The position numbers and the translations under genes were made by a program. The notes below the pieces were generated by a model. That model saw only the letters and a program-made list of their open reading frames with translations. It was not told the origin of the DNA and made no database searches. Shown piece by piece: positions 43,955 to 54,853 of a DNA stretch of 64,000 nt. Numbering within the stretch: position 1 is the stretch's first letter; each line of letters begins with the position of its first letter. This DNA is from an uncultured delta proteobacterium. GTDB taxonomy: Bacteria > Desulfobacterota > Binatia > Bin18. The stretch covers positions 1 to 64,000 of the forward strand of contig CAVTCR010000055.1 of assembly GCA_963733195.1 (NCBI GenBank). Direction: 5' to 3'.

Positions 43955-44983
43955 ATGGCGCGAGACAATCCAGAAACTGGACGCTCACAACCCACCCCTG
44001 TAGAGGGCATCGCGAAAGTCAGAACGGTAGCGTTCCTGGGTGGCGTGAGTCTCGAGCGCGACGTTCCGAGCGAAGAGATCAGAGACTACATCCGGGAACC
44101 CAGCAACCTCGTTTGGATGGATGTGCAAGATCCTGGGCCAGCGGAACTGTCGATGCTATCGGAGGAGTTCGGCTTCCATCCCTTGGCACTGGAAGACGTA
44201 GCGACAGGTCAGCAGCGTCCGAAAATGGACGAGTACAAAAGCTATACGTTTGTCGTCACATACGGCGTGGTTCCCGGCGCTGACACCACAACGCCGCGAA
44301 CCTTTGAAGTGGACCTCTTCATCGGACGGAATTATGTGGTCTCCCTCCACCGTGGGCGCGTTCCTGCGCTTGAGAACGCTTTGGGGCGCTGGACCCGTGG
44401 CGGAGCGATGCTCCGTGAAGGAGTAGGCTTCCTGGTCTATACGGTGATGGATACGATCATTGATGCCTATTTCCCCATCATCGACGGCATTGAAGATGAG
44501 TTGGCGAAAATCGAGACAGAGATGTTCGCCCGGTTTCGTCAGGAAGACGTCCAACGCTTACTCGAATTGAAACGGACGCTGTTCGCACTGCGGCGCGTGC
44601 TGTATCCGCTGCGAGAGATCTTCAACTTGTTTCTGCGTCGTGACCAGCCCCTCTTCTCCGCCAACACCCTAGTCTACTTCCAGGACGTCTACGATCATAT
44701 CCTGAGAATCCTGGACGTGCTGGACATCGAGCGGGACATGGTGACCAGCACGCTGGACGCTCATCAAGCCGTCATCTCCAACCAGATCAATGTGACGATG
44801 AAGACGCTGACCGCTGTCACCGTGCTCGTGGCGTTGGCTGGTTCTGTGTTCGGAGCCTGGGGAATGAATTTCGAGGTGATTCCCCTGGCAACAGTGCCCT
44901 GGGGGTTCTGGGGGGTCATGGGCAGTACGATCACCTTGATCGTGATAGCTTTGCTAGGCAGCCGATGGCGGGGGTGGCTGTGA
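43955..44983 (+). CDS. corA: CorA Mg/Co transporter
   Basis: HPLALED, QRPK, YFQDVYDH, GMN signature and two C-terminal TMs. Confidence 0.92.
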   Translation: MARDNPETGRSQPTPVEGIAKVRTVAFLGGVSLERDVPSEEIRDYIREPSNLVWMDVQDPGPAELSMLSEEFGFHPLALEDVATGQQRPKMDEYKSYTFVVTYGVVPGADTTTPRTFEVDLFIGRNYVVSLHRGRVPALENALGRWTRGGAMLREGVGFLVYTVMDTIIDAYFPIIDGIEDELAKIETEMFARFRQEDVQRLLELKRTLFALRRVLYPLREIFNLFLRRDQPLFSANTLVYFQDVYDHILRILDVLDIERDMVTSTLDAHQAVISNQINVTMKTLTAVTVLVALAGSVFGAWGMNFEVIPLATVPWGFWGVMGSTITLIVIALLGSRWRGWL

Positions 44984-45168
44984 CGGGCATGTATCCTGTG
45001 GCCACCGACTTTGCCTGGAAAGGACTATTGACGATGAAAGTATTAAGCAAGAAAGTTGCTATGCACTTGGGGCAAAACCGTTGGCACCACAACTTGCCGT
45101 GACAAACAGGCTGTGGTAGGGGAACGAAGAGTCTCATGATCGCGCGGGCCGAGAATGGGGAGAGAGCT

Positions 45169-45495
45169 ATGGAGTCGGATCAAACGGAGCTCGGGACAGG
45201 CTCCCGTACTGTTTTAACGAACCGACGATTTGTCGCCTGCTCGAAGTGTGGTTGGGTGCACTATGTTATGACAGCCGAAGAGAAGGCAGCCAACGACCAA
45301 TTGCTCGAGCGATTGATAGACAGGTATCAGTTTAGCGAGACAGAACAACGGCTCTACACATCGACCTATCAGCAATGTTTGCGCTGTGAGTCTCCCGCGC
45401 GTGAGTTTCGTGCCGCGCAAGAGCCTGATCTCGATCGAGCCGAGGGGCACATCGTCACCCCAGTCTTCGTTGAGCCCGAAGTTGGGACTCAGTAA
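45169..45495 (+). CDS. Small hypothetical protein with two CxxC pairs (possible Zn ribbon)
   Basis: CSKCGWVH...CLRC; SD-like sequence upstream. Confidence 0.6.
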   Translation: MESDQTELGTGSRTVLTNRRFVACSKCGWVHYVMTAEEKAANDQLLERLIDRYQFSETEQRLYTSTYQQCLRCESPAREFRAAQEPDLDRAEGHIVTPVFVEPEVGTQ

Positions 45496-45508
45496 CGATG
45501 CAATAGAG

Positions 45509-45565
45509 TTACGGACGCCATAAGCAGGTGAGCAGATCCTTGAGATGGGTGCGCCAGCTCGTCCA
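45509..45565. repeat. 57-bp direct repeat; copy of the esterase 3' end at 52424-52480
   Basis: ttacggacgcca(t/c)aagcaggtgagcagatccttgagatgggtgcgccagctcgtcca; 1 mismatch. Confidence 0.92.
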
Positions 45566-45764
45566 AGGGATAGGTCTATCATTGCGAGGAGCTGAAGGCT
45601 TCGAGGCAATCTCTTTTTCAGACAAAGATTGCTTCGCTCCGCTTGCAATGACATGATCGTTCGAGTTCGGAAATCGGAAAGTTATTTAATACCCAATCCT
45701 TAACGAAAAACTGGTGGTAAACTACCGTGGGTACGACGCGATGCCATGAGGCTGGAGGTTTGTA

Positions 45765-48700
45765 ATGAAATCAGAAACAGCTTTCTCGCTCTGGCAGGCG
45801 GCTCGCCAAGCAGTTGCGCGGGCCTGGCGTGCCTGCGTCCAGCTGCTCTATGAGCGGACTATCCTCGTACTGACGATCTTGTTCTGCATCGGTGGGGCTG
45901 GCACCCTCTGGTATCTGTCTCGTCTATCATCGAATCTCATCCAATCCGCGGCGTTAGAAGGTACAGTGTGGTATTCCGAAGCGCTGACCGAGTTTATCAC
46001 GCTCTACACCTCTGAGGTCGTGGTTCCCGTCCAAACGCGCGGGATCGAAGTCACCCACGACTACCGGGCGAGACCAGGAGCCATCCCACTTCCGCCGACG
46101 TTGAGTATGGAAATCGGCAAGCGCATTGCCGAAAAGGGGTACGGAGTGCGGGTCCGTCTGTACAGTGACTACCCGTTTCCCCAGCGCAAGGACGGCGGCC
46201 CGAAAGATGAGTTTGAACGGGAAGCGCTCCAATACTTGAGGCAACACCCCGACCAGCCCTTTATTCGCTTTGAAGATTTTCGCGGCCTCCCTTCACTGCG
46301 ATATGCAACGGCGGATCGCATGCGGGCCAGTTGCGTCGGGTGTCACAACAGTCACCCTGATAGCCCCAAGACCGACTGGAAAGAGGGAGATGTGCGAGGA
46401 GTCCTCGAAGTCATCCGCCCCCTAGATGTCATCGTTGCACAGACTCAAGAGGGCCTGCAAGGAACATTTGCCTTGATGGGAGTAATGTCTGCGTTGGGTT
46501 TGTCAGGGCTGGCCCTCGTGGTCGGCAGGCTACGTCGCACCTCAGTGGATCTGGAGCAGCAGGTGGAAAACCGAACGGCCGCACTGCGTGAACGGACGAC
46601 CGACCTGGTGAAGACTAATACCGAATTAGAAAGAGAGATCACCGAGCGCCAGCAGGCGGAGGCGGCCCTGCGACAGAGCGAGGCGCGATTCCATCATATG
46701 GCGGCCAACATACCTGGAGGCATGATTTTCCAGTTTCTCCTGCGCCCAGAGGGCTCGGTGGCCCTTCCCTATATCAGTCCTAGTTGCCGCGAACTCTACG
46801 AGTTGGAGCCAGAAGAGATTCAACGTAATCCTGCTCTCATTATGGACATAGTTCATCCCGATGACCGTGCAGCCTTCCAGGAGTCCATAGCAGTCTCTGC
46901 CCAAACCCTCTCGCCTTGGAGATGGGAAGGACGACAACTCGTCAATGGAACTGTTAAGTGGTTCCAGGGTGCTTCTCGCCCTGAACGGCAAACCAACGGT
47001 GACATCCTCTGGGATGGTTTCCTGCTAGACGTCACCGCACGCAAGCAGGCGGAGGAAGAGCGCGATCGGTTTTTTACCCTCTCGATCGATATGTTGTGTA
47101 TCGCTGGATTCGACGGCTATTTTAAGCACCTAAACCCGGCATGGGAAAAAACGTTCGGCTTCACAAAAGAGGAACTTCTGGCAAAACCGTTTCTTGACTT
47201 TGTTCATCCCGATGACCGCACGGCGACGCTCGCTGCAACAACGCAACTGTCCACTAGCGGCGTCGAGATCGTATCCTTTGAGAACCGTTATCTTTGCAAA
47301 GACGGCTCGTACAAATGGCTCGCATGGGATGCAGCGCCCTTCGCCGAGCAACAGAGGATTTACGCTGTTGCGCGCGACATCACTGAGCGCAAGCGGACGG
47401 AGGAGGAGTTGCAAAAGGCCAAAAACGCTGCCGAAGCCGCTACCCGCGCTAAGAGTGAGTTCCTGGCCAACATGAGCCATGAGATTCGCACGCCGATGAA
47501 CGGGATCATCGGTATGACCGAACTGGCGCTCGATACCGAACTTACGCCCGAGCAGCGCGAGTACCTGACCATGGTCAAGGATTCGGCCGATTCCCTCCTG
47601 CGGCTGATTAACGACATCCTGGATTTCTCCAAGATCGAGGCGGGTAAACTCGACCTGGAGCCTATTGACTTCAGCCTCCGCGACAACCTCGAAAGCATGA
47701 TCAAGACGCTAGCTATGCGAGCCCACAAGAAGGGGCTGGAACTGGCCTGCCACATTCCTCCTGAGGTGCCGGATACGCTGGTGGGCGATCCGGGACGCCT
47801 ATGCCAGATCGTCCTCAACCTGGCAGGCAACGCCATCAAGTTCACCGAGCTAGGGAGAGGTGGTCGTCGAGGTCGTCAGAGTCTAGAGTCCAGAGTCCAG
47901 AGTCCAGAAGAGCACAGTCCGGATTCCAGTCTTCGGACGCTGAGACTCCTGTGTGCTGCATTTCTCCGTGCGTGACACCGGCATCGGCATTCCGCCCGAA
48001 AAGCAGCGTGTGATCTTCGAGGCATTCTCGCAAGCGGACAGCTCGACGACGCGCAAGTACGGCGGCACGGGGCTGGGTCTGGCAATCTCGACGCAGCTCG
48101 TCGAGCTGATGGGCGGCAGGATCTGGGTCGAGAGCGAAGTTGGTAAGGGCAGCACGTTTCACTTCACCGCGTGCTTCGGTCTGTCAAAAGAGAACGTATC
48201 AAAACGACTGTCCGAGCCAGTGGGCGTGAAGGACCTCCCCGTGTTGGTGGTAGATGACAACGCCACGAACCGGCGTATCCTCCAGGAGATGCTGACCAAC
48301 TGGCACATGAAGCCCACCGTGGTCGATGGAGCGCGAGCGGCGCTGGCAGCCATGGAGCGGGCGCGGGACGACGGAGGAGCCGTTCGCTTTGGTGCTGACC
48401 GACGGAATGATGCCGGAGATGGACGGCTTCGAGCTGGCCGAGCAGATCAGACAACATTCGGAACTGGCCGGGGCCACGATTATGATGCTGTCCTCCGCCG
48501 GACATCCCAGCGACCGTGCCCGCTGCCGCGAACTCGGGGTGTCTGCTTACCTGACGAAGCCGATCAAGCAATCGGATCTGCTAAACACTATTGTGAACGT
48601 CCTACACCCGTCGTCTGTCGAGGTGCCTGAATCTTCGCCCCACACTCACCCTGCCCCGCCCGCAAGCCACCGGCGTCTACATCTCCTCCTCACCGAGGAC

Positions 48701-49559
48701 AACACTATCAATCAACGGGTGGCGCTCGGGATGCTGAAACAGCGCGGGCACACAGTCGTGGTGGCAAGCAACGGCAAAGAGGCGCTCGCCGCTCTGGAGC
48801 GGGAGGCTTTCGATGTCGTTTTGATGGACGTGCAGATGCCGGAGATGGACGGCTTTGAGAGCTACCAAAGCTATCCGCGAGAGAGAAGAACGAACAAACG
48901 CTGGCAACGCGAGACCTCAGAATCCTCGGACCGTCAAAGCACAAGACTCCGGACTCTCGGATCCTCCATGACTCCATCACTGTCCTCACATCCCCATCAT
49001 CGCCATGACCGCTCATGCGATGAAAGGTGACCGTGAGCGGTGTCTCGCAGCCGGGATGGATGCCTATGTCTCCAAGCCGCTCGACGCCCAGCAACTCTTT
49101 GCAGTTATCGACAGTGTGATTCCGACTGCGACCAGGGCAGAATCAAGCGCATCGGAGCGTGCAATGCCGGCCGAAGCGGAGACAGACACGCTAGACCAAA
49201 CGGTGCCAGCCGAAGCGGTCTTTGACCGCGACGCGACTTTGGATCGAGTTGACGGCAATCGGGAACTATTGCAGGAACTCATCGGACTGTTCTTCGACGA
49301 GATTCCGGGATTGATGGCGGCGATTCAAGGAAATATCACTAATTATGATTATAAAGCGTTAGAGCGCGCGGCCCACACGCTAAAAGGTGCGGTAGGCAAC
49401 TTCAGCGCACAGGGCGCGTATGCGGCAGCCCTGCGAGTAGAAATGATGGGACGGAGCGGAGATTTGACTCATGCTGCAGCAGCGTACGCTGAGCTCGAAC
49501 ATGAAGTAGCCCGCCTAGGCGAGGCGCTAACCGCGCTCAGGGAGGAGAACCGACGATGA
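45765..49559 (+). CDS. Hybrid sensor histidine kinase: DUF3365 (CxxCH heme), 2 PAS, HisKA/HATPase, 2 REC, Hpt; frameshifted
   Basis: [49 protein letters not shown]. Confidence 0.92.
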
Positions 49560-50767
49560 AGGTATTGATCGCGGAAGACGAGGCCATGTCCCGCCGCCTG
49601 CTGCAGAGTTACCTGGAGCGGTGGGGCCATGAGGTGGTGGCGGCCCAAAATGGTGCGGAGGCGTGGAATCTGTTTGCAACGGGCGAATTTTCGATCGTCA
49701 TCAGCGATTGGATAATGCCGGAGATGGATGGAGTGGAATTGATCCGTCGCATTCGCGCGTGCCAACGTCCCGCCTACGTCTATGCCATTCTGGTGACCTC
49801 GAAATCCCAGAAGGAAGACCTCGTGGAAGGGATGGAGGCCGGGGCTGACGATTTTGTCACCAAGCCGTTTGATCGCGATGAACTGCGGGTCCGTCTGCGC
49901 GCAGGCCAGCGCGTCATTGAATTGGAGACTGCCCTCCGGACCTCTCTCGAGGAGTTGGCACAGGCGCGCCAACGGGAGGCCGAGACCGGCGCCAAGATTC
50001 AGCAGACGCTCCTGCTCGGCCAGCCGCCTCGTGACCTGCCAGAGGCACAGATTGCGGCTCTCACGATTCCGTCGCAACAGATCGACGGGGACTTTTATGA
50101 TTTCTTCCGACACTCCGACCATTGTCTCGACGTCGTCGTGGGAGACGTGATGGGTAAAGGGGTCCCCGCTGCCCTTCTCGGAGCCGCGATCAAGAGCCAT
50201 TTCCTGCGTGCGTTAAGCCAACTGATTGCCCGCTTGGATCAGGGGAAGCTCCCGGAACCAGAAGAGATTGTTACCATAGTCCATACCGACGTGACCAGGC
50301 AGTTCATCGGCCTTGAGAGTTTTGTAACCCTCTGCTACGTACGCTTCGACCTGGAGAGTCGTCAGGTCGCTTTGGTCGATTGCGGGCACACCAAGACAGT
50401 TCACTTTCAGTGTCGTCGAGGTATATGTGAGACGCTACGAGGCGGAAATATACCTCTGGGATTCAACGAGCGGGAAATCTACAAGCAAGTTACCGTTCCC
50501 TTCGAGGCGGGCGATATGTTTTTCTTCTACTCGGATGGCGTGACCGAGGCAGAGAACGAAACAGGCGAGTTCTTTGGCGAAGGCCGATTGCTTAAGTTGA
50601 TACAGGCGCACGGCGGACTTGAGCCGGAGGCGTTGATAGACAAAGTCCATAGCGCAGTGGTCGCTTTTGCGCAGGCGGAGACGTTCGCTGACGACGTGAC
50701 CTGTGTCGCTGTCAAGATCGCAGATACACAGAGACTCTCATCACAAGGCAAAGGCACAGGGAAATGA
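49556..50767 (+). CDS. Response regulator-PP2C phosphatase (RsbU/SpoIIE-like)
   Basis: REC domain (DWIMP), then GDFYD, GDVMGKG, SDGVTE, DDVT. Confidence 0.92.
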   Translation: MKVLIAEDEAMSRRLLQSYLERWGHEVVAAQNGAEAWNLFATGEFSIVISDWIMPEMDGVELIRRIRACQRPAYVYAILVTSKSQKEDLVEGMEAGADDFVTKPFDRDELRVRLRAGQRVIELETALRTSLEELAQARQREAETGAKIQQTLLLGQPPRDLPEAQIAALTIPSQQIDGDFYDFFRHSDHCLDVVVGDVMGKGVPAALLGAAIKSHFLRALSQLIARLDQGKLPEPEEIVTIVHTDVTRQFIGLESFVTLCYVRFDLESRQVALVDCGHTKTVHFQCRRGICETLRGGNIPLGFNEREIYKQVTVPFEAGDMFFFYSDGVTEAENETGEFFGEGRLLKLIQAHGGLEPEALIDKVHSAVVAFAQAETFADDVTCVAVKIADTQRLSSQGKGTGK

Positions 50768-51621
50768 GCGAAGGAAGGAATACCGACATGCCAACCGCGG
50801 AACAATACAAGGCTCACATCCGGCGTTACTTTCAAGAAGTTGTGACCAAGGGCAATCTGGAGGCGATACCTGACTTTGTAGGGCCGGACGTCGTCTTCAG
50901 GGGGCCCTACACGCCCCAACCCATCCGGGGTATTGCGGGCTTTACGGAACTCATCGCGATGCTGCACGCCGCTTTCTCCGATATCCAGGTCACTGAAGAA
51001 GATATGGTCGTTGAAGGTGACACCGTTGCCACACGCTGGACCCTTTCTGGAACACACAAAGGCGAATTCATGGGCACGGGTCCATCCGGTGAACCATTCC
51101 GCTTTACCGGAACGGCTTTTTACCGAATTGCTAACGGCAAGATCGTGGAAACTTGGGCCGCGAATAACAGTTTGGAGACCTTGCGCGAGCTCGCCCGAAA
51201 TTCCCCGACCACCGAGAACATGGCTGTCAAGAGACGAACACAGCTGCGGGCCGTGGCCGAGGCGTACTTCGCGGCGTTGGCGAAGAAGGACTTTACGGCC
51301 ATTCCGTACGACGACCATGTCAGCTTGCGCGCGCCGCTCTGTCCGGGAGGGGTCCAGACCCCGCTCGTCGGAAAGGAATCCTTGCGCACCATTTGGTGGC
51401 CCCCGTTGGTTCCCGCTATAGGAGACGTGAAAGTCCTTGATCACTATCTCAACGACGACCTGACCGCTATCTGCACCGAAGCGTTAATCACCACGGTCAA
51501 CCCACCTGCCACCCTGCGTGTCGCAGACCGCTTCACAGTGAGTGCTGAAGGAAAAATCATTGAGCAAGAGAATCACTTCGATCCTCGTGATGTCACGAAC
51601 CCTGGCTGGCAGAAGAGTTGA
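50764..51621 (+). CDS. Tandem SnoaL/NTF2-like domain protein
   Basis: Ester-cyclase motif followed by a second NTF2-like domain (GKIIEQENHFDP). Confidence 0.8.
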   Translation: MSEGRNTDMPTAEQYKAHIRRYFQEVVTKGNLEAIPDFVGPDVVFRGPYTPQPIRGIAGFTELIAMLHAAFSDIQVTEEDMVVEGDTVATRWTLSGTHKGEFMGTGPSGEPFRFTGTAFYRIANGKIVETWAANNSLETLRELARNSPTTENMAVKRRTQLRAVAEAYFAALAKKDFTAIPYDDHVSLRAPLCPGGVQTPLVGKESLRTIWWPPLVPAIGDVKVLDHYLNDDLTAICTEALITTVNPPATLRVADRFTVSAEGKIIEQENHFDPRDVTNPGWQKS

Positions 51622-51822
51622 GGTTTGCTGCTCGTGTGATTATTGGTTGCCGCCATGGATACCACTACCCAACGACAATCCGACACGATATCTACCCCCG
51701 ACTGGGTGAGAGACGCAATTTTCTATCTTCAGTAGAGAGGAAACCTAAAAAGACCATAGAGGGAAAAGTTGCGTTTTGCAGCGCTACAGTTCCCCATACA
51801 CGGGACTGTGAGGAGACTCGTC

Positions 51823-52347
51823 ATGGCGACACAACAAGGTAAGATTCGTGTCCACCAGCACGATCAGACGGTCACGTTCCAACCAGAGGGCCACGCCACG
51901 ATGCACCGCAGCCCATCGGTTCGCCGGTTTGCGGAGCAGTGCCTCGCCGGTGGAATGATGGTGCTCTACGTGGATCTGCGCCATTGCACTCATATGGACA
52001 GCACCTTCCTGGGTACCCTGCTATTTCTCAAGCGCCTCGTCGAACGCCAGGAGGAGGGCAAGTTCGCGCTCATTTCTCCCTCTCCTCAGTGCCATCAACT
52101 GCTCCAGCAGATGGGGTTGGATAGAGTCTTTCCCAGCGTGAACATGGAAGATTCCGGTGCAGGAGCCTGGGCAGAATTGCCAAGCAAGCCGGAAGATGTC
52201 GCTGCGTTCAAACGCAACGTGGTACAGGCCCACCAGGAACTCGGTCGTCTGGAAGGACCAGCCGGCGAGACCTTTCGTGAGTTGGCTGATCAATTGGCCC
52301 AGGAATTAGCGGCGGAAAAACCAGCAAGACAGCAGGACAAAAAGTGA
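51823..52347 (+). CDS. STAS domain anti-sigma factor antagonist
   Basis: VDL..C.HMDSTFLG.L with the phospho-Ser motif; C-terminal AH..L extension. Confidence 0.88.
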   Translation: MATQQGKIRVHQHDQTVTFQPEGHATMHRSPSVRRFAEQCLAGGMMVLYVDLRHCTHMDSTFLGTLLFLKRLVERQEEGKFALISPSPQCHQLLQQMGLDRVFPSVNMEDSGAGAWAELPSKPEDVAAFKRNVVQAHQELGRLEGPAGETFRELADQLAQELAAEKPARQQDKK

Positions 52348-52423
52348 GGCCGGGCGACCTGCTTCCCGCATGAGCCCCCGGCCGAGCTACGACCACTTGC
52401 GGTTCTCGCACGGTACAATGTAC

Positions 52424-53552
52424 TTACGGACGCCACAAGCAGGTGAGCAGATCCTTGAGATGGGTGCGCCAGCTCGTCCAGTTGTGGCCTGCCCCCAGTT
52501 GCTGGAACAAACACGGGTAGCCCAAAGCATTGAGCATGGCTACGATCCGCTGATGCGTAGGCAGATAGCGCGGCTCGTATCTGCCCACATCCAAGTAGAA
52601 GGTGGTGCGTGCGCTGAGGCGGGTTAAAAGCGCCGCAATCTTTGCCTCTTCGAGATGTAAGGCGCTGGACTGGCCACCGACCCGGGAGAACAGATGCGGC
52701 CGCGACAGGGCCACATAGAAGGAAATCAAGCCGCCTAGCGACGCGCCCATCACGCCGCGGGCCTCACGCTGCGCCAGCGTGCGGTAGCGCCCTTCCACGT
52801 AGGGCAGCAGTTCTACCTCTAGGAAGGCGGCATACTCCTCACTCGCACGGTATTCGCGCCCCCGCATGACCGGATCCACCATGATCGCGATCAGCGGGCC
52901 CATCTCTCCGCTGAAGATCAGGTTGTCCAGCACCGTCGGCAAGCGCCCGCGGTGAAGGTACTCACCGCCGTCGTGCACATAGAGGGTGGGAAAACGCCGC
53001 GTGCGCTCTGCGTCGTAGCTCGGGGGCAGGTAAATATGAAGCCGGCGCCGATTCCCCAGCAGCCGACTCTCGAAGTCGAACTCCTCCACCCGGCCATGGG
53101 GGATGGTGGGCACCCAGCTCAGCTCCGGCGGCTCGTGGAAGTCTCCGACCACGAAGTAGGAGTTCTGCCCCCCTATGCCATTGTCAACGGTATGGGAACA
53201 GAGGGGATCTGAGATCACCCGCCCGTCGACGACCACCTTGTACTCCAGCCGTGCTGGCCCCTCGAGTTCGAGGGTGCGGTGAAAGATGCCGGTGTGCCGC
53301 AGTGGAGTCAGAGGCATCGTTACACCTGTCCGGCCCCAGTCGGTGAACTCGCCGGTGACGGCGACTTGGTGCGCCCGTGGATCGTAGTAGACAAAGTGGA
53401 CGGCGAGCCCGTCGATCAGCGGCGTGCCCACAGTGCCGAGCAGATGCAAGAACTTCTGCAGCTCATCCTGCAGCTGCGGCTCCGCGGCCTGCTCGAGGCG
53501 TTGCCTCCAGGCCGGAAAGCTCGCAAGCGGCCCGCTCGTGTTGCCTCTCCAT
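52424..53552 (-). CDS. Esterase (Fes-like) with N-terminal CBM48-like domain
   Basis: V.VTGEFTDW, EYK.VVDG, YLPP.Y, GASLGG, HNW.SW; frameshift near the start. Confidence 0.85.
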
Positions 53553-53620
53553 GATTTCGTTGCTCCTTCCCAGAGTGTATGCTCGCGGCCTGCACTTAGC
53601 CCAGATTCTACTGCACTAAC

Positions 53621-54832
53621 CTAATACATCACCTTCTCCTCCTGGAGGCGCGCGATCTCGTCCCACGAGAGACCCAGGAGGTTCCTGCAGACGTCCTCGT
53701 TATCTTGCCCCAAGCACGGGGCTGGTGTATAGCGTGGCTCGATGGCACTGTACTTGCCAGGAATACCCGCCACCGGATGGTTTCCAGTCACCGGATGACC
53801 AGGAGAAACGAGATATTCCCGATGCTGAAACTGGGGGTCGGCGATCAGACTCTCGGTATCGTACACCGGCGTGGCCGCCACGCCAGCATTTTGTAACTGA
53901 GACATGATCTCGGTTTGGGTCCGTTCCTGTGTCCATGCAGTCAGGAGTACATCCAGCTCCTGTTCGTGCGCCTTACGGCTGCGGCGGTCTCTGAAACGCT
54001 CATCGTCAAGCCATTGGGGATGACCTATAACCTGACAGAGGCTGTGCCACTCCTCGTCAGTCTCCACCGCGATGGCCACCCACTTATCCTCTCCTTGGCA
54101 GCGGTACACGTTGTGCGGCACCATCACCGCATCCTTATTCCCCTGCCGACCCTGATCCCGGCCGTTCATCACATAATCCATGATCGCCTCGGGCAGCATG
54201 GCGGTCACCACTTCCGCCATGGCTAGGTCGATGTACTGTCCCTTACCTGTGCGACGGCGGCAGTACAAAGCTGCGAGGGCGGCATAGGCGAGCACCACCC
54301 CGACCATGTAATCAGGCCAGCTGCCGCCAAGGCTGACAGGGGGACCGTCGACGTATCCGGTGAGATGGCAGATGCCGGCAGAGGCCTGGGTAATAGGTCC
54401 CCAGCCTACACAATGGCTATCCGGACCGTATTGTCCCACGGGCGAGCCAGAGATCATGATGAGGTCAGGTTTGACCTGACACAAATCTTCGTAGCTCAGC
54501 CCCCAGCGTTTCATCACGCCGCTGGTAAAATTCTCCACCACGATATCGCTGCGCCGCACGATCTCTCTGGCTAACGCTGCCCCCTGGGGATGGCCCAGAT
54601 TCAGCGTGATACTTTTCTTGCTGTAGTTCAAACCGCTAAAGAGTGGCGAGCCATCTGGCCCTTTGAGGTTTTGCGGATCTTGCCCCAGAAAGCGAATAAT
54701 ATCCAAGCGGTGATGGGATTCGATGCGGATGACCTCTGCCCCCATCACGCCCAGCCAGGCGGTGCACTGCGGGGCAGCCAGAATCCAGCCGAAATCCGCT
54801 ATACGGATGCCTGCGAGCGGAAGCGATGCCAT
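53621..54832 (-). CDS. Class III CoA-transferase (BbsF-like subunit)
   Basis: DFGWILAAP, N..KKS, ENF, AP.LGQDN. Confidence 0.88.
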   Translation of the reverse strand: MASLPLAGIRIADFGWILAAPQCTAWLGVMGAEVIRIESHHRLDIIRFLGQDPQNLKGPDGSPLFSGLNYSKKSITLNLGHPQGAALAREIVRRSDIVVENFTSGVMKRWGLSYEDLCQVKPDLIMISGSPVGQYGPDSHCVGWGPITQASAGICHLTGYVDGPPVSLGGSWPDYMVGVVLAYAALAALYCRRRTGKGQYIDLAMAEVVTAMLPEAIMDYVMNGRDQGRQGNKDAVMVPHNVYRCQGEDKWVAIAVETDEEWHSLCQVIGHPQWLDDERFRDRRSRKAHEQELDVLLTAWTQERTQTEIMSQLQNAGVAATPVYDTESLIADPQFQHREYLVSPGHPVTGNHPVAGIPGKYSAIEPRYTPAPCLGQDNEDVCRNLLGLSWDEIARLQEEKVMY

Positions 54833-54853
54833 AGTCTGGACCCTCCTTAGTGA

